NCBI GenBank assembly: GCA_003558435.1
Contig: PWLR01000086.1
Coordinates: forward strand, 33,640 to 97,639
DNA length: 64,000 nucleotides
From: Nitriliruptoraceae bacterium
Lineage (GTDB): Bacteria; Actinomycetota; Nitriliruptoria; Nitriliruptorales; Nitriliruptoraceae
Direction: 5' to 3'
The position numbers and the translations under genes are program-made. Within the stretch, counting starts at the first letter, position 1. Each line of letters begins with the position of its first letter. Shown piece by piece: positions 58,469 to 64,000 of this stretch. Below the pieces are notes generated by a model. The model was not told the DNA's origin, did no database searches, and saw only the letters and a program-made list of their open reading frames with translations.

Positions 58469-58511
58469 GTGGCGACCTCCCGGGTGGTGTCGGACCTCGA
58501 AGTGGATGTGG

Positions 58512-60602
58512 TCACGCGCGATCCTCCGCGTCGTTCTGGGCCGCTTCGGTCGCGGCGTCGCGTTCCTCCGCGTCGGGCAGCAGCTCCGGGGAGGTGGCCG
58601 CCGACGCGTCGGCAGGCGTTGCCTCGCCGTCCGCGGCGGGAGCTTCCCCGAGGCGTTCGGCGGGGGCCTCGTCCTCGTCACCGACCGGCACGGCGCGCAC
58701 GTGGACGCTCGCCTGGTCGCCGCCGGCGAACAGCTTGGTGTTGCCGTACATGTCGTCGACGAGGTCGCCGAAGATGTCGTGCAACGCGGAGCGCTTGACC
58801 TTCTGGGTGGCGGTCATCTCGCCGTCCTCGTGGTCGAGCTCCTTGGGCATCATGCGGAACTTGCGCACGTTCTCGGCCCGGGCGAACTTGTCGTTGGTCT
58901 CCTTGACGACCCTCTGGATCATCTCGAGGACCTCCGGCTTCTCGGCGAGGTCCCGGTAGGTGGTGTAGGGCAGCTTGCGGCGCTGCGCCCAGTCGCCGAC
59001 CGTGTCGAGCTCGATGCCGATCAGCGCCACGAGGTAGGGCTTCTTGTCGCCGATGACCACCGCTTCCTTGACGAACGGCGAGGTCTTGAGCGAGTTCTCG
59101 ATCTCCGAGGGCGAGATGTTCTTGCCGCCCGCGGTGATGATGATGTCCTTGATGCGGTCGACGATCTTGATGTGGGTCCCGTCGACCCACTCCCCGACGT
59201 CGCCGGTGCGCAGGAACCCCTCGTCGTCCATGGTCTCCACGGTCTTGTCCGGCTTGTTCCAGTAACCGGCGAACACGCCCGGGTGGCGGGTGCAGATCTC
59301 GCCCGTCTCCTCGTCGATCTTCAGATCGATCCCCGGCTGGGGCTCGCCGACCGTGCCGAGCTTGACCCGGCCGGGGCGGTTGGTGGTCGCGATCGCACAG
59401 TTCTCGGTCATGCCGTAGATCTCGTAGATCGGCACACCGATACCGAAGAAGAACTTGAGCACCTCGGGGGCGATCGGTGCCGCACCGGACCCCGCCGCCC
59501 GCACCTTGCGCAACCCGACCCGGTCACGCAGGGCCCGGAACAGGAACGGGTAGCCGATGGCGTACAGCACCCGCGTCTTGGCGGTGTGGTTGCCGCCGTT
59601 GGCGACCATGTCGTCGCCGATCCGATCGGCCAGGCCCATGGCGGCCTTGTAGACCAGCTTCTTCAGCGGGGACGCGGCGTTCATCTTGATGTAGATGCCG
59701 GCCTGCATCTTCTCCCAGATCCGCGGGACCGCGAAGAACAGCGTCGGTTGGACCTCCTTGAGGTTGGCCTGCACCGTCTCGATGGATTCCGCGAAGTGGA
59801 TGGTGACCGCGGCCTCCGCGTTGGTCCAGGTCGTCGCGGCGCGTTCGGCGACGTGGCACAGCGGGAGGTACGACAGGATGACGTCGTCGGGTCCCGCCGG
59901 TGGGTTGTAGAACCCGCCCTCGGAGATGAGCGTCTTGAGCGCGAAGTCGATGTTGCCCTGGGTGAGCATCGCGCCCTTCGGTGACCCGGTGGTCCCCGAG
60001 GTGTAGATCAGCGTCGCCACGTCGTCGGACTCGGCGGAGGCCGCCATGCGCTCGACCATGCCGGGGTCGTCCTCGCGGTGGATCCGGCCACGCTCGAGGA
60101 AGTCGTCCCAGCTCATCAACTTGGGGTGCTCGTAGGTGCGAACGCCCCGCGGCTCGAGGTAGACGATGATCTGCAGGTCGGGACAGTCCGCCTCGACCTC
60201 CAGGGCCTTGTCGACCTGTTCCTGGTCCTCGGCGATGAGGATCTTGGTGCCGGAGTCCTGCAGCAGGTAGGCGACCTCCGCGGCCGGGTTCGTCGGGTAG
60301 AGCCCCATCGTGATCGCACGCACGGCGTTGATGCCGACGTCCGCGTAGAGCCACTCGGGACGGTTCTCCGAATGCACCGCGACGCGGTCCCCGGGCTCCA
60401 CCCCCAGCGAGACCAGGGCATGACCGACCAGGGTGACCTGGTCCCAGTAGTCCGCCCAGGTGATGTCCTGCCAGAGGCCGTAGCGCTTCTCGCGCATGCA
60501 GACCCGGCTGGGATCACGCTCGGCGTGTTCCTGGACCCGGTTGGGGACGGTGCGCACGCGCGCGCCGGCGGTCGGGGCGGTCGGTTCCATCACGGTGCTC
60601 AC
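58512..60602 (-). CDS. AMP-forming acyl-CoA synthetase (long-chain fatty-acid--CoA ligase-like) with acidic C-terminal tail
   Basis: GTG 60602 overlaps the LivG-like stop (GTGA). AMP motif LIYTSGTTGSPKGAML, ..GYGMTE-like IYGMTEN.., ..LRTGDVGEW... ~70-aa Asp/Glu/Ala-rich tail. Confidence 0.9.
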   Translation of the reverse strand: MSTVMEPTAPTAGARVRTVPNRVQEHAERDPSRVCMREKRYGLWQDITWADYWDQVTLVGHALVSLGVEPGDRVAVHSENRPEWLYADVGINAVRAITMGLYPTNPAAEVAYLLQDSGTKILIAEDQEQVDKALEVEADCPDLQIIVYLEPRGVRTYEHPKLMSWDDFLERGRIHREDDPGMVERMAASAESDDVATLIYTSGTTGSPKGAMLTQGNIDFALKTLISEGGFYNPPAGPDDVILSYLPLCHVAERAATTWTNAEAAVTIHFAESIETVQANLKEVQPTLFFAVPRIWEKMQAGIYIKMNAASPLKKLVYKAAMGLADRIGDDMVANGGNHTAKTRVLYAIGYPFLFRALRDRVGLRKVRAAGSGAAPIAPEVLKFFFGIGVPIYEIYGMTENCAIATTNRPGRVKLGTVGEPQPGIDLKIDEETGEICTRHPGVFAGYWNKPDKTVETMDDEGFLRTGDVGEWVDGTHIKIVDRIKDIIITAGGKNISPSEIENSLKTSPFVKEAVVIGDKKPYLVALIGIELDTVGDWAQRRKLPYTTYRDLAEKPEVLEMIQRVVKETNDKFARAENVRKFRMMPKELDHEDGEMTATQKVKRSALHDIFGDLVDDMYGNTKLFAGGDQASVHVRAVPVGDEDEAPAERLGEAPAADGEATPADASAATSPELLPDAEERDAATEAAQNDAEDRA

Positions 60603-61495
60603 GAGCTGACCTCCTCGGTGGCGAGGGCCTCGGTACGGGCACCCAGATCCTCCCCGTCGGCCTCGCCCTCGTCGCCCTCACCGAGGTAGGCCTTGATCAC
60701 GGCCGGGTCGTTCTGGACCGACTCCGGGTCACCGATCGAGATGCGCTTGCCGAAGTCCAGCACCATGATCCGATCGGCCAGGTCCATGACCAGCCCCATG
60801 TCGTGCTCGACCATGATCATCGCGAGACCGAGCTCCTGACGGATGTCGAGGATGAAGCGGGCCATGTCCTCGGTCTCCTCGACGTTCATGCCGGCGACCG
60901 GCTCGTCGAGCAGCAACAGCTTGGGCTCCATGCACAGCGCGCGCCCGAGCTCGACCCGTTTCTTCACCCCGTAGGGCAGCATCCCGACCGGGAACTTGCG
61001 GAACATCTCGATCTCGAGGAAGTCGATGACGTCCTCGACGATGCGCCGGTTCTCGAGCTCGATCCGCTTGGCCTTGCCCACGTACAGCATCCCGGCGAAC
61101 GAGCCGTAGTCGAGGTGCTGGTGGCGGCCGAGCATGAGGTTGTCGAGCACCGTTAGGTTGTCGAACAGCTCGATGTTCTGGAACATCCGGGCGATCCCCC
61201 GCCCGGCCACCGCATCGGGGCGGACACCCAGCAACGAGTCGCCGAGGAAGTCGATACTGCCCTCCTGGGGACGGTAGACCCCGGAGATGCAGTTGAAGAT
61301 GGAGGTCTTGCCGGCACCGTTCGGACCGATGATGGAGAACAGCTCCCCCGGCTTGACGTCGAAGCTCACGCCGCCGACCGCGGTGGTGCCCCCGAAGCGC
61401 AGCGCCAGGTCCTTGACCTCGAGGATCGGCTGACCGGCCGGCACCTCGACGGTGGTGCCGGTCAGAGCCTCGGACAGCGGTCGGATCATCGCCAT
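60599..61495 (-). CDS. ABC transporter ATP-binding protein (LivG-like)
   Basis: ATG 61495. ..LEVKDLALRFGGTTAVGGVSFDVKPGELFSIIGPNGAGKTS.., ..LLLLDEPVAGM... Confidence 0.9.
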   Translation of the reverse strand: MAMIRPLSEALTGTTVEVPAGQPILEVKDLALRFGGTTAVGGVSFDVKPGELFSIIGPNGAGKTSIFNCISGVYRPQEGSIDFLGDSLLGVRPDAVAGRGIARMFQNIELFDNLTVLDNLMLGRHQHLDYGSFAGMLYVGKAKRIELENRRIVEDVIDFLEIEMFRKFPVGMLPYGVKKRVELGRALCMEPKLLLLDEPVAGMNVEETEDMARFILDIRQELGLAMIMVEHDMGLVMDLADRIMVLDFGKRISIGDPESVQNDPAVIKAYLGEGDEGEADGEDLGARTEALATEEVSS

Positions 61496-61559
61496 GCTCG
61501 CGCGCCTCCTGTGGTGCGGTCGGTGCGGTCGGTGCGTGCCGGGTGGGCGGGGCGGGCGT

Positions 61560-62336
61560 TCAGGACAGCCACCGCTTACGCCGCTTGTAGTGCTTGACGT
61601 CGCGGAAGGACGCGGCGCCCTCCTCACGCAACCCCAGGTAGAACTCGCGCACGTCGTCGTCCTCGCGCAGCACCGCCGCGGGCTTGTCCATCACGACCTT
61701 GCCGGTCTCCAGCACGTAGCCGTGCGAGGCGATCGCCAGGGCCATGTTGGCGTTCTGCTCCACGAGCAACACCGAGGTGCCCTGCTCGTTGATCGCCACG
61801 ATCAGGTCGCGGATCTGCTGCACGATCAGTGGCGCGAGGCCGAGCGACGGCTCGTCGAGCAGCAGGTAGCGGGGCTCGGCCATCAACGCACGACCGATGA
61901 CGCACATCTGCTGTTCACCACCCGAGAGGTAGCCGGCGACCTGCTTGCGTCGCTCGGCCAGCCGCGGGAACAGCGTGTAGATGCGATCGAGGTTGGCCTC
62001 CACCGTGCCGCGGTCGGCGGTGTGGGCACCGATGCGCAGGTTCTCGTCGACGGTGAACTCGGTGAACGTGCGCCGGCCCTCCATGACCTGCCCGATGCCC
62101 GCGGCCACCGTCGCCGGTGCGTCCATGTGGTGGATCGGCTTGCCGTCGAGGGTGATCGTGCCCTTGGTGATCTTGCCCCGGTGCACGTCCAGCAACCCCG
62201 TGATGGCGCGCAGCACGGTGGTCTTGCCCGCGCCGTTCGCGCCGAGCAACGCCACGATCGAGCCTTCCGGCACCGACAGGCTGATGCCTTTGAGCACGAG
62301 GATCACGTCCTCGTAGACGACCTCAAGGTTCTCCAT
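61560..62336 (-). CDS. ABC transporter ATP-binding protein (LivF-like) with basic C-terminal extension
   Basis: ATG 62336 (MENLEVVYEDVILVLKGISLSVPEGSIVALLGANGAGKTT..), ..LLLDEPSLGLAP... Tail ..FRDVKHYKRRKRWLS. Confidence 0.9.
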   Translation of the reverse strand: MENLEVVYEDVILVLKGISLSVPEGSIVALLGANGAGKTTVLRAITGLLDVHRGKITKGTITLDGKPIHHMDAPATVAAGIGQVMEGRRTFTEFTVDENLRIGAHTADRGTVEANLDRIYTLFPRLAERRKQVAGYLSGGEQQMCVIGRALMAEPRYLLLDEPSLGLAPLIVQQIRDLIVAINEQGTSVLLVEQNANMALAIASHGYVLETGKVVMDKPAAVLREDDDVREFYLGLREEGAASFRDVKHYKRRKRWLS

Positions 62337-62695
62337 CGCGAGCACGCGCGCTCCCTCATCTCCCACCGCACCACGGCGCTTCTCGGACCGGGCCGCATCC
62401 TCTCCAGATGTGGCCGGACCGGGGCTGCACCGGTGTGGCGTCGATCCTCCCGCGCCTCGTGGTTCCCACGAAGCGTTCGTGCCGAGCGGGGTTGATACCC
62501 CGCCGCTCGCAGGGTGTCAACGTCGGTCGTTCCGGGCTTGGCCCGAACGTTGCCTCACCGCACGTGCGACAGGCTAGAGCACCGAGCGGCTCACGGCGAG
62601 CCCCGCCCGGCCAGCACCTCGGATCCGGGCTCGCCAGCCGACCATCGAGGTCGTAGCATCACGCGGCCGACGCCGGTCTCCCGTGAACCTCACAG

Positions 62696-62707
62696 GGTTC
62701 GCGAACC
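62696..62707. promoter_or_regulatory. 12-bp perfect palindrome GGTTCGCGAACC upstream of the PucR-type gene
   Basis: Read directly. A further GTGAACC half-site lies at 62683-62689. 29 nt upstream of GTG 62736, in the divergent region shared with the Liv-type operon. Confidence 0.3.
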
Positions 62708-62735
62708 TGCTGGCACCACCGCGAGGAGAGCGCGC

Positions 62736-64000
62736 GTGGCCCGAATCACCGGTACGACCACGGCCGTAGGTCGCGGCGCCGACGTGCCCATCGACCTGCG
62801 CGATCCGGGCGAGGTCCCCTGGGCGAGCCTCGATATCCCCGACGGATGGTCGGCGGTCGCGCGCCTGACAGAGCAACTCGCCACCGACCTCGATCCGCTG
62901 GCCGAGCGGGTCGCCACCGCCATCGGTGACGAGGTCGCGGCCTACCGCACCGGGGTCGTCCCCCGCGAGGACGTCGAGGGATCGGTCCGCCGCAGCCTCG
63001 GCGCCATCCTGGTCGGGCTCGCCGAACGCCGGGGCCCGACCCAGGACGAGCTCGCCGTCCGCCGCGAGCTCGGGACCCGCCGGGCGTTGCAGGGCATCGC
63101 CATCGATGAGCTGATCGAGGCGTTCCACCTCGGCTACCGGGAGCTGTGGCTGTCGCTGGTCGAGGCCGTCCCCACCGACGACCCGGACACCTCACGGCAG
63201 CTGCTGACGGCCGCGACCACCGTCTGGCAGTGGGTCCACGCGATCACCGATGCGCTGTCGAGCGCCCACGCCGCGACGGTGCGCTCGCTGGAGGCGCGGG
63301 CGATCGCCAGCCGCCAGCGGTTCGTCGAACTGCTGGTCAACGGCGATCTGGATGGTTCGGAAGCCACCCGCCTGGCCACCTCGCTCGGCCTCGAGCTCAC
63401 GGGACGGTTCGTGGTGACCGCCGTCCGTGGCGCGACCGACGACCTGGACGCCGTCGAGTTGCAACGCGAGGCCGAGGCGGTCCCGGGCCGGCACGTGGTG
63501 GTGGCCCGCGGCCCCCTGCTGGTGGTGGTGACCCAGGACGCGCGGGACGCTCCTGGGGTGCCTGACGCGCCCGAGGCGCCCGATGCGTCAGGCGCGCCCG
63601 ACGGGTTGGGCGCGCCCGACGGGTTGGGCGCGCCCGAGGCGCCTGATGCGCCTGCCGCGACCGCCCCGGAGCCGACCGCGGCCGAGCTCCGGATCGCGGC
63701 GATCGGCCGGAGGTTGATGCCGGAGGCGGGGATCGGGATCGGCGCGGTGCGTGCGGGCCTCCACGGCGCCAGGGCCAGCCTGCAGGACGCCGAGGGCGCA
63801 CTCGCGGTCACCGACGGTGCGGCCACCACCCGGTTCGACGACGTCTGGCTGTGGGCCACGCTCGGGGTCGCCGGTGAGCGCATCGGACCCCTGTTGACCC
63901 CGGGCATCGAGGTGGCCGCGACCCACCCCCACCTGGCCGAGGCGGTGGACGCCTTCGCGGAGGCGGGCTTCTCGCTCAGCGAGGCGTCGCGCCGCCTGGC
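62736..64000 (+). CDS. PucR-family transcriptional regulator, C-terminus beyond window end
   Basis: GTG 62736 with GAGGAG upstream. Open to the window end, so absent from the track. My translation ends ..HPHLAEAVDAFAEAGFSLSEASRRL, the start of the PucR-type C-terminal HTH. It contains a (GAPDGL)/(APEAPD) low-complexity insert. Confidence 0.7.
   Translation, partial: MARITGTTTAVGRGADVPIDLRDPGEVPWASLDIPDGWSAVARLTEQLATDLDPLAERVATAIGDEVAAYRTGVVPREDVEGSVRRSLGAILVGLAERRGPTQDELAVRRELGTRRALQGIAIDELIEAFHLGYRELWLSLVEAVPTDDPDTSRQLLTAATTVWQWVHAITDALSSAHAATVRSLEARAIASRQRFVELLVNGDLDGSEATRLATSLGLELTGRFVVTAVRGATDDLDAVELQREAEAVPGRHVVVARGPLLVVVTQDARDAPGVPDAPEAPDASGAPDGLGAPDGLGAPEAPDAPAATAPEPTAAELRIAAIGRRLMPEAGIGIGAVRAGLHGARASLQDAEGALAVTDGAATTRFDDVWLWATLGVAGERIGPLLTPGIEVAATHPHLAEAVDAFAEAGFSLSEASRRL
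63591..63641. repeat. 18-bp tandem repeat, 2 perfect units plus a partial third (GGCGCGCCCGACGGGTTG), inside a CDS
   Basis: Units at 63591-63608 and 63609-63626, partial at 63627-63641. Encodes the GAPDGLGAPDGLGAPEA insert. Confidence 0.9.

Overview
This is a very GC-rich (not computed), densely coding, actinobacterial-type chromosomal segment. I support about 62 protein genes, most on the minus strand. I recognised no rRNA, tRNA, CRISPR array, cas gene, transposase, integrase or phage gene.

Gene content in order:
- Phosphate regulation: a partial OmpR-type regulator, phoU and a second PhoU paralog.
- glpX, an enoyl-CoA hydratase, and a TetR-controlled DrrAB-type exporter divergent from a CPBP protease.
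- phoH2 (PIN-PhoH), a Z-prenyl diphosphate synthase, greA, a thiolase and bfd.
- An XRE-cupin regulator with an aldehyde dehydrogenase.
- A long minus-strand gene train: NYN protein, arginine deiminase, orphan ABC ATPase, M24 hydrolase and E1a/E1b/E2 of a 2-oxoacid dehydrogenase.
- An O-methyltransferase, a fasciclin protein, catalase HPII and a MeaA-type B12 mutase.
- A small patch holding a secreted coiled-coil protein, an atypical response regulator and a cupredoxin lipoprotein.
- ilvA, fumC, a secreted FG-GAP protein, glnK-glnD preceded by a FIST gene, a stand-alone B12-binding protein with sucCD, and pcrA.
- A Liv-type ABC importer operon with an embedded acyl-CoA synthetase, and a partial PucR-type regulator.

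The gene neighbourhoods (glpX/fumC/phoH2/greA, pcrA next to sucCD, glnK-glnD) resemble core actinomycete synteny, so this looks like core genome rather than an accessory island. I found no clear-cut new defence or mobile system.

Best candidates for undescribed biology:
1. An E2 acyltransferase with no lipoyl domain but three tandem subunit-binding domains, created by a near-identical 135-bp duplication.
2. A translationally coupled NYN nuclease / arginine deiminase / orphan ABC ATPase trio lacking arcB, arcC and arcD.
3. An orphan OmpR-type regulator with Glu at the phospho-acceptor position, flanked by a secreted coiled-coil protein and a cupredoxin.
4. Structured leaders upstream of phoH2 and ilvA.
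5. A 625-bp hairpin-dense intergenic region.
6. An unusual number of perfect short tandem repeats.

All alignments and motif matches were made by eye. Many long ORF-track entries are antisense or out-of-frame artefacts of high-GC DNA.
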